A model generated the notes under the pieces. The model searched no databases. It was not told the origin of the DNA and saw only the letters and a program-made list of their open reading frames with translations. Made by a program: the position numbers and the translations under genes. From Patescibacteria group bacterium (lineage in GTDB: Bacteria > Patescibacteriota > Microgenomatia > UBA1400 > PJMF01), in the NCBI GenBank assembly GCA_045541795.1, contig JAZQJV010000010.1, positions 72,333 through 136,332 of the forward strand: a stretch of DNA of 64,000 bases. Reading direction: 5' to 3'. Below, piece by piece: positions 37,454 through 46,930 of the stretch. Numbering within the stretch: position 1 is the first letter of the stretch; every line of letters begins with the position of its first letter.

Positions 37454-38505
37454 TTATGGCAAATACAGACACACTCAAGCAAAAACTAACTCTTGATATG
37501 AGCATTCCTGGCGTAGACGAACGTCAACTGCCTACCAATCAATTTTTGATTTTCTCGATCGTCTTTGTTGCGATTTATTTCATGGTAGTTTTTTACTTTA
37601 TTTACCCCGAAGTCAAAAAAATCCGCTCTACATACAACCGTATGACTAGGGCCGAGGCGGAATTAGATAAGTACCAAGCCCGCCGCAAAAAAGTCACTGA
37701 AATCCTCAATAACGAATATTATTCTGATGAAATGGTAGAAACTATCGACGGTATCTTGTATGACTCCAATCCTTATCTGGAAGTCTTACTCTCTATCAAC
37801 GAGTTGGCCGAGCAATACAATCTCAAAGTCTCCAACCTTGAATATTCGCCTGGTATCGTGGCTACGCCGTCCGCCGAGCTCGCCTCCCGCATGGAAGAAA
37901 ATTACCCCATCAAATTTAATCTCACCGGCACTTACGGCAATATCGCTCTTTTCTTAAAAGAACTTGAAATGCACGCGCCTTTTAATTCTGTCTCCAGCGT
38001 CAAGCTTTCCAATAACCTAGAAATGGGATCTGCCAGCGCCCAGGTAGAAATTCTGGCCCAATATCATTTACCAGAAATTTACCTGTCTCAAAAGACCATC
38101 AGTGCCGATCAAGCCCTACCGGAGATCGCCTACCCGCAACAAGAGGCGCTCGCCACCCTGCAAAAAATGATCCGCAAAAATTTTGGCCTCTCCCAAATGA
38201 CTCTGGCGGAAACCAGCCCCAAACTTAATCTTTTTGCTCTTGACGATCTCGGCATCACACTCGCCAGCGAGCAGGAAACCAACAAATATTATTATGATCC
38301 TACCTCTGGTGACATCTTCACTTATACGGACGCTGGCGTGCCCATCGTCATCTCTCCCGAAAACCTCCCGCCAGATACGCCGCTCTATCAAGAAATTATG
38401 GGACAAGTGGCGCCAACATCGGAAACCTACATCCAGCTTGACGAAAACGGCAATCAGGAAGCAGAAATAATCTATGCCCAGCCCGTGCCCATCACAGCCG
38501 AGTAG
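37450..38505 (+). CDS. PilO-like type IV pilus assembly protein (tentative)
   Basis: Single TM segment FLIFSIVFVAIYFMVVFYFIY, a coiled coil and a periplasmic domain. Operon position is after pilN, with a 4-nt overlap. Confidence 0.4.
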   Translation: MIMANTDTLKQKLTLDMSIPGVDERQLPTNQFLIFSIVFVAIYFMVVFYFIYPEVKKIRSTYNRMTRAEAELDKYQARRKKVTEILNNEYYSDEMVETIDGILYDSNPYLEVLLSINELAEQYNLKVSNLEYSPGIVATPSAELASRMEENYPIKFNLTGTYGNIALFLKELEMHAPFNSVSSVKLSNNLEMGSASAQVEILAQYHLPEIYLSQKTISADQALPEIAYPQQEALATLQKMIRKNFGLSQMTLAETSPKLNLFALDDLGITLASEQETNKYYYDPTSGDIFTYTDAGVPIVISPENLPPDTPLYQEIMGQVAPTSETYIQLDENGNQEAEIIYAQPVPITAE

Positions 38506-38532
38506 AGGAGACTGACAAAATTAAAGCTCATG

Positions 38533-38560
38533 AAAAATGCCCTTATACAGGGCATTTTTA
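38533..38560. terminator. Bidirectional rho-independent terminator
   Basis: AAAAATGCCC-ttataca-GGGCATTTTT lies between the convergent pilO-like and KH genes. Confidence 0.6.
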
Positions 38561-38587
38561 GTGCATAATTCAAACTGTTGCTTTGAT

Positions 38588-38923
38588 TTAAACTAAGTTG
38601 TCATCCAAAGCTTGTTCGTCCACTACGTCTTCCACACTGGAAGTCTCCACAGCGGCGGTTTCTTCGGTCTTTTTTACCGGAGCTTCGTCCTCAGTCAAAA
38701 CGCGTACCATCACCCGTTGATGCTCTTTGATCGCGCGAGCCTTCGCAATGGTGCGGATCGCTTGAATCAAATTACCACGCCGACCAATAATGCGGCCGTA
38801 ATCTTCAGCGTTGGCAGTCACGGAATACACCGTCACGCCCTCATTATCCTCACTGACGTCGATCGCAATGTCATCGGGATGATTGGCCAAACTCTTCAAG
38901 ATATATTCGATGAGTTCTTTCAT
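38588..38923 (-). CDS. KH-domain RNA-binding protein (YlqC/UPF0109 family) with acidic C-terminal tail
   Basis: GRIIGRRGNLIQAIRTIAKA is a KH GXXG-like loop. Located downstream of rpsP, as in many bacteria. Confidence 0.75.
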   Translation of the reverse strand: MKELIEYILKSLANHPDDIAIDVSEDNEGVTVYSVTANAEDYGRIIGRRGNLIQAIRTIAKARAIKEHQRVMVRVLTEDEAPVKKTEETAAVETSSVEDVVDEQALDDNLV

Positions 38924-38988
38924 ATCTTCTTGCCTTCAGCCGATCGAGTCCTGTAAGCGCTCCCAGTCCGACCGACTCTGGTTAATAA

Positions 38989-39387
38989 CTACTTCTCTGC
39001 TGATTCATTCTCAGCAGGCGCTTCTGGTTGATTTGCCTGTGCTTTTTCACTCGCCTCAGCTTCTTTCGCTGCCTGAGCTTGTGCCGCGGCGGCTTCTTGT
39101 TTTGCTTTCGCTTTCCGGCTCAAAGTGGGTTTTTTCTCTGGGAACTTACCACCATCGACAGCAATTTTGTGTAAAAAGTCTACCGTAGCTGTCGGCTGTG
39201 CACCACGAGCGATCCATTCATCATAAGCCTTGAGATCCAATTTAAGCCCCTTAGGAGTGGCTGCCGGGTGATAATAACCCAAATTGGCAATATAACTGCC
39301 ATCACGTTTATCACGCCGTTCATTCACCACGATCCGATAGCGCGGCTCTTTTTTCTTACCCAATCTCGTTAATTTAATTTTTAGCAT
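38989..39387 (-). CDS. rpsP: 30S ribosomal protein S16 with Ala/Glu/Lys-rich C-terminal extension
   Basis: MLKIKLTRLGKKKEPRYRIVVNERRDKRDGSYIANLGYYHP. Confidence 0.9.
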   Translation of the reverse strand: MLKIKLTRLGKKKEPRYRIVVNERRDKRDGSYIANLGYYHPAATPKGLKLDLKAYDEWIARGAQPTATVDFLHKIAVDGGKFPEKKPTLSRKAKAKQEAAAAQAQAAKEAEASEKAQANQPEAPAENESAEK

Positions 39388-39430
39388 GTCTGCTTTCTTT
39401 TATCCTGTCAAGATTCCCTATTATACCACA

Positions 39431-40255
39431 TCAAACCGAGGTTTGCACAGGCAATTTCTCATCTACTTCTTCCTCTATAATTCGCGGCCGGGGAGAAACC
39501 TCATAAGCGAGCATCGACTCATCTGTCGCTCCCTCCAGTAGTCCAGCCTTAAAATCCGCCGCGGCAGCCATCACTTTGGCTGCCAATTCATCGTTTTCCA
39601 GCCGCTCCAAGGCAATTTCTGCTGCTTCTTGTTGCGCCTGTTGTTTATTTTTCGCCGAACCTTCAGAAATCACATACGGGCCGATCGCCACCCGCACTGT
39701 AAAATGTTTATTGTGATCTGGCCCAATTTCGTGCAAGACGTCATAAATCGGCGTTTCGTAGCCCAAAGCCTGCACCAATTCCTGGAACAAGCTCTTAGAG
39801 TCCTTATAAGTGCCTTGCTCCATTATTTCTTCAAACTGATTTAAAATCGCCTCATAAATGAATGCTCGCGCCGTTTCAAAACCGCGATCCAGATATAACG
39901 CCCCCAAAATCGCTTCCATCGTGTCTGCTAGCAAAGCCTCATTGTCACGCCCGCCGCTCGCTTCCTCGCCTCGGCTAAGGTAAAGCATTTCCCCCAGCCC
40001 TAGCTCCCGGGCAACGTCACTTAAAGTGGTCGTTTTCACCAGCGTGGAGCGGATCGCTGTCAGCTTTCCTTCTGGCGCATCTGGCAGCTGATTATACAAA
40101 AACTCCGTCGTCACCAATTCCAGCACGGCGTCACCCAAATACTCCAACCGTTCATTGGATTCTCGAGCGGCCGTGGCATGTTCGTTGATGGCGCTGCGGT
40201 GCGTCAAAGCGGTCAAAAGCAAAAGTTTATTTTTGAAATCCGGGATTTGCATCAC
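39431..40255 (-). CDS. rnc: Ribonuclease III
   Basis: Signature ERLEYLGDAVLELV plus a C-terminal dsRBD. Confidence 0.9.
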   Translation of the reverse strand: MMQIPDFKNKLLLLTALTHRSAINEHATAARESNERLEYLGDAVLELVTTEFLYNQLPDAPEGKLTAIRSTLVKTTTLSDVARELGLGEMLYLSRGEEASGGRDNEALLADTMEAILGALYLDRGFETARAFIYEAILNQFEEIMEQGTYKDSKSLFQELVQALGYETPIYDVLHEIGPDHNKHFTVRVAIGPYVISEGSAKNKQQAQQEAAEIALERLENDELAAKVMAAAADFKAGLLEGATDESMLAYEVSPRPRIIEEEVDEKLPVQTSV

Positions 40256-40560
40256 CCTAAATCCTTTTCTTCCAGCACCAATTCTAGTAAATCGGCGACA
40301 GTCTGGCCTTCATCATTTTCTAATATCTCCTCATACAAAGACTCGCCGTTGAGCTCGTATTTACCCGCTAACTCATGGGACAGCCGCTTCAAATCATACT
40401 CGGTCAGATTTAAGTCATTATAAAGTTGAGAGTCTTCCCGGATGTCCTCCAGACGGTTACCAGTCGAATCACTCAGTAGGGTACGCAGCTCGCCCAAGAC
40501 TTCCTGCCGCTCAGCCAGTGACGCTTTATCTTCTGGTAATTGACTAATCTCATCCCTCAT
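40252..40560 (-). CDS. Hypothetical acidic protein (ACP-like spacing but no phosphopantetheine Ser)
   Basis: 102 aa. DLNLTEYDLKRL resembles the ACP DLGADSLDTVEL helix II, but the Ser is replaced. Confidence 0.4.
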   Translation of the reverse strand: MRDEISQLPEDKASLAERQEVLGELRTLLSDSTGNRLEDIREDSQLYNDLNLTEYDLKRLSHELAGKYELNGESLYEEILENDEGQTVADLLELVLEEKDLG

Positions 40561-41062
40561 GATTATCTCCTGGCGTTACAGCTTCACTCACTTCACCGGC
40601 CGGCGTCTCCTCCTTGGCCTGATCGTCTGAGATCATGATTTTTTCCAGCACGGCGTTGACAAAAGCGTAAGAGTTTTCGGCGCCAAAATCTTTAGCTAGT
40701 TCCACACCTTCATCAATCAAAACTTTTATCGGCGTATCTTTGGTGGCGTGTTCGTGCAAGATCAGCCGTAAAATTGCCAGATCTATCTTGGCCAGATCAG
40801 CCACCGGACGCTCTGTCGCTACCGCTTGGATTTGCTCATCATAAATGTGTTTTTTCTCCCGGATCTCATCCAGAAGTTTCTGGTCATAATCTACCAATTC
40901 CATATCTGACCAGCTCTGACCGGGGAACTCATCGACAAACAAGGCCTGCACCATCGCCATCCGCTCATGATGACGAGCGTCATCTTTGATGACATTTAAA
41001 CTCGGATCATCTTCGATGACAGTCTTGACTTGTGCATCATCGTCAGGAGAACTATAAAGCAT
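40550..41062 (-). CDS. nusB: Transcription antitermination factor NusB
   Basis: ARHHERMAMVQALF...ILRLILHE...VLIDEGVELAKDFGAENSYAFVNAVLEKI. Confidence 0.7.
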   Translation of the reverse strand: MLYSSPDDDAQVKTVIEDDPSLNVIKDDARHHERMAMVQALFVDEFPGQSWSDMELVDYDQKLLDEIREKKHIYDEQIQAVATERPVADLAKIDLAILRLILHEHATKDTPIKVLIDEGVELAKDFGAENSYAFVNAVLEKIMISDDQAKEETPAGEVSEAVTPGDNHEG

Positions 41063-41094
41063 AAAACCTTACCGTTGCAAATGCATTTTGTCAA

Positions 41095-41370
41095 TTATGA
41101 TTTTTTGCTGGCTACAGCCGCCTTTTTGGCGGGCTTGGCCGCCGGCTTTTTGCTGCCTTTTTTGCTCATTTTCTCCGCCAAGGCTTTCTTCGCTGCCGTT
41201 TCATCCACGCTGGGGCGGGGTGCCAAAATCATCAAGAGTTTTTGGGCAATTTTTTCTTTGTGCAAAGGCGTTTTGGCCGTTTTGATGTTTTTTATCAACT
41301 TGGGCGTATTGCCTTGACGACGTTTGCCGCGTTCTGCTCTGGTGATCTTATTTTTTGGCAGTGGTGTCAT
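41095..41370 (-). CDS. Small basic Lys/Ala-rich protein (histone-like or RNA/DNA-binding tail), function unknown
   Basis: 91 aa. The C-terminus KKGSKKPAAKPAKKAAVASKKS is strongly basic. Confidence 0.4.
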   Translation of the reverse strand: MTPLPKNKITRAERGKRRQGNTPKLIKNIKTAKTPLHKEKIAQKLLMILAPRPSVDETAAKKALAEKMSKKGSKKPAAKPAKKAAVASKKS

Positions 41371-41623
41371 AATTTCTTTCCGTTTTTTGTATTTCTTAAT
41401 TTTGTGTCAGCCGCGAAAGCTGGTCAACCCTCCTATTATATCACACTTTTGGCTAATTTCCACAGGCAAAAACCGCTAAATTGGCGCTATTTAATTATAA
41501 TATTATAGGACTTTAACCACTTTTTACAATAATTTTCCAGGCGAAAAACCAGCATAATATCCTATAATATATTTTTATGATTGAAAAAAGTCTGGAACAT
41601 TAAAAATATTATAGGATTAGAAA

Positions 41624-42016
41624 TTAGCGTTCCACGCCGCTTTGCCCAGCTTCCGGATTGATCAGTCTATAAGAAAGATTATCACTAGCTAAGCTGACAT
41701 CGCCCAAAAGCACCACTGCCGCTGACGGGATGCCATCCACCCGCCAAAAATTCTCCCGCCAGGCAGTCGCCTGTACCCATAATTTTCGAGCCAAGCCACC
41801 CTGAGCCAGCCAGACGTAAGCCCGCTCACCTTGTATATGCACGCTGTCAGCCGGCAAAATTACTTGTGTCTCACCTTCGCGAGCGTACACTTTTAAGGCT
41901 GGAATCCAAGATAAGACCGGGGAAAGCAGCGTCCGGCAGTTGCACCAAAACGAAAATGCCCAGATGACGCTCATCCAGACAGCCAATAAATGCCAGCCGC
42001 TTGCATTTTTAGACAT
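41624..42016 (-). CDS. Hypothetical exported/membrane protein
   Basis: 130 aa. N-terminal hydrophobic segment HLLAVWMSVIWAFSFW. Confidence 0.4.
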   Translation of the reverse strand: MSKNASGWHLLAVWMSVIWAFSFWCNCRTLLSPVLSWIPALKVYAREGETQVILPADSVHIQGERAYVWLAQGGLARKLWVQATAWRENFWRVDGIPSAAVVLLGDVSLASDNLSYRLINPEAGQSGVER

Positions 42017-42087
42017 AATGTAACTTATTATATCACACTATCTCAAAATGTCAAGTCTAGCTGGCATTACATCTAATAAGTAGAAAG

Positions 42088-43032
42088 TTAAGTAGTTGTC
42101 ATTACTCCAGAGTAAACTTCCCGCAGTGCCGCCAGGCTGGCTGTCATTTGTCCGCGTTCGGTCTCGTCCATATCAATATCCACCTGCTGGATCACACCAG
42201 CGCGTCCCACCACACAAGGCAGTGAGGCGTTCATCGGCGTTTGGCCATCATGAGCGTCAATGGTGACACTGACTGGAAGCACACTGCGTGCATCACTCCA
42301 AATAGTCCTCACGATCTTGGTGATACTCGCACCGATCCCATAATAAGTAGCTCCTTTAGAGTCAATAATCGCGTAAGCGGCATCCCGAGCTTTTTGGTAT
42401 GCTTCCAGCGCCTTTTCGCGTGAAAATCCTGGGAAATCCACTAATTTTTGCCCGCCGATGCTACTGCTAGAAACTACCGGGAAGCTGTGATCACCATGCT
42501 CGCCCAACACATAAGCATGGATAGAACGTGGATTGACCGGCAAAAACTCGCTCAGGTGGAAACGGAAACGGGCGGTATCCAAAAGCGTGCCGCTACCAAA
42601 AATCTGTCCGGGGCGAGCCGCTGGATAGACTTGAGTTGCTCTGTAGGTCATCAGGTCACAAGGATTGGCTACCATCAGCAGGATCGCTTCTGGCGCTGCG
42701 GCCATCAATTGCGGCACCATGCTGTCGACGATACTCAAGTTTTTGGCCGCCAGTTGTAAACGGCTCTCGCCTGGCTCTTGCGCCGCACCCGAACAAAATA
42801 CGAACACATCCGTACCAGCTAGATCATTATAATCATCGCTGATCGTGATTTTGGTCTTTTTTGAAAGCGTCATCGCGTGCTCTAGATCTAGTTTTTCGCC
42901 AATAAGTTTTTCTTTGTGACGGCCAAAAAGCGTAATTTCCTGACAAAAACCCGCCAGGACCAGAGCGTACGCCGCCGTCGCCCCCACTTTACCTGCGCCC
43001 ACCACGGTCACTCGAAAATAATCTGTCTGCAT
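42088..43032 (-). CDS. ldh: L-lactate dehydrogenase (LDH/MDH superfamily)
   Basis: VTVVGAGKVGATAAYAL Rossmann fold. Catalytic-loop motif LGEHGDHSF. Confidence 0.8.
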   Translation of the reverse strand: MQTDYFRVTVVGAGKVGATAAYALVLAGFCQEITLFGRHKEKLIGEKLDLEHAMTLSKKTKITISDDYNDLAGTDVFVFCSGAAQEPGESRLQLAAKNLSIVDSMVPQLMAAAPEAILLMVANPCDLMTYRATQVYPAARPGQIFGSGTLLDTARFRFHLSEFLPVNPRSIHAYVLGEHGDHSFPVVSSSSIGGQKLVDFPGFSREKALEAYQKARDAAYAIIDSKGATYYGIGASITKIVRTIWSDARSVLPVSVTIDAHDGQTPMNASLPCVVGRAGVIQQVDIDMDETERGQMTASLAALREVYSGVMTTT

Positions 43033-43033
43033 T

Positions 43034-44077
43034 TTACCTTTCTGCAGGGGTCAACACCCCATAATACTCCAACATTCGTGCTAGTCCCTCACGAAACGGC
43101 ACGACAGGCTCCCAGCCCAAAAGCGTTTTGGCTTTAGTAATGTCTGGCTGGCGCCGCAGCGGATCATCGGCCGGCAAGGGCTTATAATCTATCATCTCGC
43201 TATCACGGCCAGTGATCTGGTTGACGATCTGCGCTGTCTGCAAGACAGTAAATTCGCCCGGATTACCCAAGTTGACCGTCTCGCCGGCCAAATCACTACT
43301 GATAAATCTGATGATCCCCGCCACCAGATCGTCAATATAGCAATAAGAACGAGTTTGGCTACCATCACCGTAAACCGTTAATTTTGTGCCCGCCTTCACT
43401 TCACTGATAAATTGCGGTAAAATCCGCCCATCGTGCAAATCCATGCGCGGCCCGTAAGTATTAAAGATCCGGATAATTCTCGTATTTAAACCAAAATCCC
43501 GGTAGAAAACACCGCAAATCGTCTCGCCTAGACGTTTGGCTTCGTCATAACAGCTGCGGATACCGTTAGGATTGACATTACCCCAATAAGTTTCTACCTG
43601 GGGATGTATCTGCGGATTGCCATAAGCTTCACTAGTACCGGCAAAAAGCAAGCGCGCTGCGGGTGCATTGGCCGTCAACCACTGACAAATATTATGCAGC
43701 GCCCAGGTATTGACCAAATAAGTCTCCACCGGGTGTGCTTGATAACCTGGCGGTGATGCTGGTGAGGCAAAATGTAAGACTACATCCACCTGACCGTAAG
43801 TTTTTTTGATCTCATCCAAGTGCTGGAGCAACAAGGCTTGGTCATTAAGATCAAACTCCAAAAACTGAAAGCGTTCATGACTGCGGACCGCCCGCAAATT
43901 GTCTTTGTGACCCGTAATATAATTATCAATACCGATCACCTGAGCGCCAGCACTCAGGATTCGTTCCACTAAATGCGAACCAATAAATCCTGCTGCACCA
44001 GTAATAATTACTACTTTTGAGTTAAAAAATTGCTCATCTTGCATCTGTCCCTTCTTATAGCAATCTTGCTCTTTCAT
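43034..44077 (-). CDS. NAD-dependent epimerase/dehydratase, UDP-glucuronate decarboxylase (UXS)-like
   Basis: ITGAAGFIGSHLVERIL...YDEAKRLGETICGVFYRDFGLNTRIIRIFNTYGPRM matches the UXS/ArnA decarboxylase family. Confidence 0.7.
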   Translation of the reverse strand: MKEQDCYKKGQMQDEQFFNSKVVIITGAAGFIGSHLVERILSAGAQVIGIDNYITGHKDNLRAVRSHERFQFLEFDLNDQALLLQHLDEIKKTYGQVDVVLHFASPASPPGYQAHPVETYLVNTWALHNICQWLTANAPAARLLFAGTSEAYGNPQIHPQVETYWGNVNPNGIRSCYDEAKRLGETICGVFYRDFGLNTRIIRIFNTYGPRMDLHDGRILPQFISEVKAGTKLTVYGDGSQTRSYCYIDDLVAGIIRFISSDLAGETVNLGNPGEFTVLQTAQIVNQITGRDSEMIDYKPLPADDPLRRQPDITKAKTLLGWEPVVPFREGLARMLEYYGVLTPAER

Positions 44078-46394
44078 TCATTTCTGCTTCTATTTCTTCC
44101 CGATCGCGGCCGTATTTGAGCCTGGAGATTTGTTTGATCGCGGCCGCCAGTTGCGGATTCATCCTAGCCTGCACTTGCGCCATATCTTTTTCCAGCGACA
44201 TTGAAAAAGGCGGTACCGGCTCATTTTTGACGATCGTTTTCACATAGACATGATATTTTTCAATATTGGTCAGGTCAGTCTCAGTAAATATCGGGGCAAA
44301 TTCATGCTCGAGGTACTGCGCATCCGTCACTCCCACCCGGAAACTCACAATCGTCCCCACATTACCAAAGACGGCGTTGCGGATCTCATCATCTATTTGA
44401 GCAATAAACTGATTAGCGACAATCAGATTTAAACGGTACTTGCGGGCTTCAGACAAAATGGTGGCAAAATCCTCCGTGGCGTAATTTTGGAACTCATCCA
44501 CGTACAAGAAGAAATCTTCACGCTGATCCATCGGCACATCCTGACGACTCATCGCTGCCGTGAGCACTTTGGGTACCAAAATCAAACCCAAAAACTTCGC
44601 GTCCTCCTCACCCAAAATACCCTTAGATAAATTGCACAAAATGATCTTTTTCTCATCCATCGCCCGGCGGAAATTAAAGGCGGACACCGGCTGGCCGATA
44701 ATATTGCGCATCGTTTTATTGGTCACAAACCGGCCAAACTTAGAAACAATATAATCCAACACCTCTGATTTGTGGAAATCTGATGTCTGAGCCATCTGAT
44801 CTGTCCAGTAACGTTTTACCATTGGATCATCAATCTGCGGCAGCAATTCCTCAACAAATTTATTATCAGTGATAGCCCGGACTAATTCAATAAACGTCGC
44901 TCCCGGACGATACATGATCGTCAGCATCACGTTGCGGATCGCGTGTTCAAAACGAGGGCCGATAATACCTTGATGATGCGGATCATAAAGTTTATACATC
45001 AAGCCAATCACGCTCCCGACGACAAACTGTTTTTGTTCTTCGGTCTCGGCTTCCATGATATTCATCCCCAAAGGCCGAGCTAAGTCTGAAGGATTAAAAT
45101 AAATCACGTCTTCCGCTCTCTCTGGCGGGATCATCTGCAAAATATCCTCCACAAACTCACCATGCGGATCAATGGCGCACACGCCCGAGCCGGCTTCAAT
45201 GTCTTGCAAAATCATTTCTTTCAAAAATTCTGATTTACCAGTACCAGTTTTACCGATAATGTACATATGCCGACGCCGATCTGGCAGCGACATGTAAATA
45301 TTGCGCACATCGCCTCGATAAATTGATTTACCCAAAAATAAACCGCTTTCGGGAATTTCCCGCGGTGCAGGGGCATTTTTGGCATACAAAAACCGGATAT
45401 GATGCGTTTCTACCGTTTTATTGGGGAAATGAATAATGGTCGCCAGCTCTTCAGAATTAAAAGTCAGCATCCCGCTGTCGCCAAAAAAAGCCGGATAACG
45501 ATAAACAAAATCCTTCATGAACAGACGTTTAAAAGGCACGAGCGCTTTTTGTAAACCCGTATAAGCAGTATCAAACTGCGAGAAACTAGCGATGATGTTT
45601 TTGAGATGTGACTCCGCCGAGTAGCGATCAGGACTACACACGCACACACGGATGATGACCTTAAAGATGGATTTATCCACCTTAGCCAGCATTGATTGAT
45701 CTTCCTTAGACTCCGTCTCATCGTGGACGCGAGCCGTGCTTTCAGACTGACGATCTTTGCGTTTTTCGATCTGGCGGATCACACGCCGCCGGAAACGGTC
45801 GCCTGCAGGCTGGATCACAAACTGGACAATTGCTCCTTCATCCGTATTCATTTTGGACAGTGCAGACGTGAGGCCTTGCAAGCCATCATTAGCTAACTCT
45901 TTGTAAGTCTTGATCGGCATGCGATTATCCAAAGCTTTTAGCCTAGCAAATGCCACCTGGCCGGTCTTCGTCCAGATATTTGGAGACACCACCGGCATAA
46001 TATCGGCTTCGGGGTAGCTGGCGTGAATACTTTTTTCGATCAAATCACGAAGTTCCCGCGGTAAATTCACATAAAAAGCAATGTCTTCTTTTTTTGCCAC
46101 CACTTCAATCGTAAAAAACGGCGGTCTTTTAATCAGCGATTCCCAAGTAGTCAGCTGTAAAGAATGCAGCATATCAAACATCTGCTCAGCGGCTTCAATT
46201 TTCACCTCATTATCCTTCGGCAAACGGATCAGCAGCGTCTCCATTTCCTCAGATATTCGCCGCCGGCCGCGCGCGCGCCATAAATGGTATAAATAATAAA
46301 TAGTAAAACAAAAAACAGCGATATATCCAAATATAATAAGCACCCAGCTTACCAGTGCCCAAGTGTCAATATAGAAGTTAGGTTCCACTTGCAT
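44055..46394 (-). CDS. Membrane-anchored P-loop NTPase of the HerA/FtsK/TraD-VirD4 (DUF87-like) superfamily
   Basis: N-terminal TM helix. Walker A IIGKTGTGKSEF, Walker B FFLYVDEFQ, and a LNLIVANQ arginine-finger region. Confidence 0.55.
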   Translation of the reverse strand: MQVEPNFYIDTWALVSWVLIIFGYIAVFCFTIYYLYHLWRARGRRRISEEMETLLIRLPKDNEVKIEAAEQMFDMLHSLQLTTWESLIKRPPFFTIEVVAKKEDIAFYVNLPRELRDLIEKSIHASYPEADIMPVVSPNIWTKTGQVAFARLKALDNRMPIKTYKELANDGLQGLTSALSKMNTDEGAIVQFVIQPAGDRFRRRVIRQIEKRKDRQSESTARVHDETESKEDQSMLAKVDKSIFKVIIRVCVCSPDRYSAESHLKNIIASFSQFDTAYTGLQKALVPFKRLFMKDFVYRYPAFFGDSGMLTFNSEELATIIHFPNKTVETHHIRFLYAKNAPAPREIPESGLFLGKSIYRGDVRNIYMSLPDRRRHMYIIGKTGTGKSEFLKEMILQDIEAGSGVCAIDPHGEFVEDILQMIPPERAEDVIYFNPSDLARPLGMNIMEAETEEQKQFVVGSVIGLMYKLYDPHHQGIIGPRFEHAIRNVMLTIMYRPGATFIELVRAITDNKFVEELLPQIDDPMVKRYWTDQMAQTSDFHKSEVLDYIVSKFGRFVTNKTMRNIIGQPVSAFNFRRAMDEKKIILCNLSKGILGEEDAKFLGLILVPKVLTAAMSRQDVPMDQREDFFLYVDEFQNYATEDFATILSEARKYRLNLIVANQFIAQIDDEIRNAVFGNVGTIVSFRVGVTDAQYLEHEFAPIFTETDLTNIEKYHVYVKTIVKNEPVPPFSMSLEKDMAQVQARMNPQLAAAIKQISRLKYGRDREEIEAEMNERARLL

Positions 46395-46438
46395 ACCTTC
46401 CTATTATACCGCACCCGCGGGCAAATTGCCAACCGATT

Positions 46439-46930
46439 TTAAGACGAGCGCAAATTTTCACTGCTCACGCCATATCGCGCCAAGCGCGCTTCGCGTCGAT
46501 ACAGTCTCGCCACGCTCAGTCCCGCCCATGTAGACGCCGCTTTAATCGCTCCGCCGCTCATCTTTTTGGCATCCGGCTCCGCATAAAAAGGATAACCGCT
46601 TTCATTTAAACGTCTCTGGAGTACACTCAAAGTCGGCTTAAGCGTTGCTTCCGTATATTTTTGGACTTCTTCCAGGCTATCATTGGCTGGAGCGCTCTCC
46701 CGGACGAGCTGCTGCCGGGCGGATGCAAGTTCTTGCGCGCTCGTTTGCTCGATTTGGGCTTGACGGGCGGCCTCATTTCCTGCGTTTACCGTCACTTCCG
46801 GCAAGCCAGTACCCGCAGTTTTTTCCACTTCACCAGGAAATACTTCCTGTGACACCATTTCTGGTGCCACCATACCGCCCATTTCTTGGTTTACACCGCT
46901 GCCGATCTGTCCACCCGCCAAATTATTCAT
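46439..46930 (-). CDS. Hypothetical protein
   Basis: 163 aa, Gly/Gln-rich N-terminus. Sits in an operon between pheT and the ATPase. Confidence 0.4.
   Translation of the reverse strand: MNNLAGGQIGSGVNQEMGGMVAPEMVSQEVFPGEVEKTAGTGLPEVTVNAGNEAARQAQIEQTSAQELASARQQLVRESAPANDSLEEVQKYTEATLKPTLSVLQRRLNESGYPFYAEPDAKKMSGGAIKAASTWAGLSVARLYRREARLARYGVSSENLRSS

Noticed and set aside
40252-40560. Acyl carrier protein call for the 102-aa acidic protein
   Set aside because: Helix-II-like spacing is present (DLNLTEYDLKRL), but the phosphopantetheine-attachment Ser of the DSL motif is absent and there are no fatty-acid synthesis neighbours. It is kept as hypothetical.
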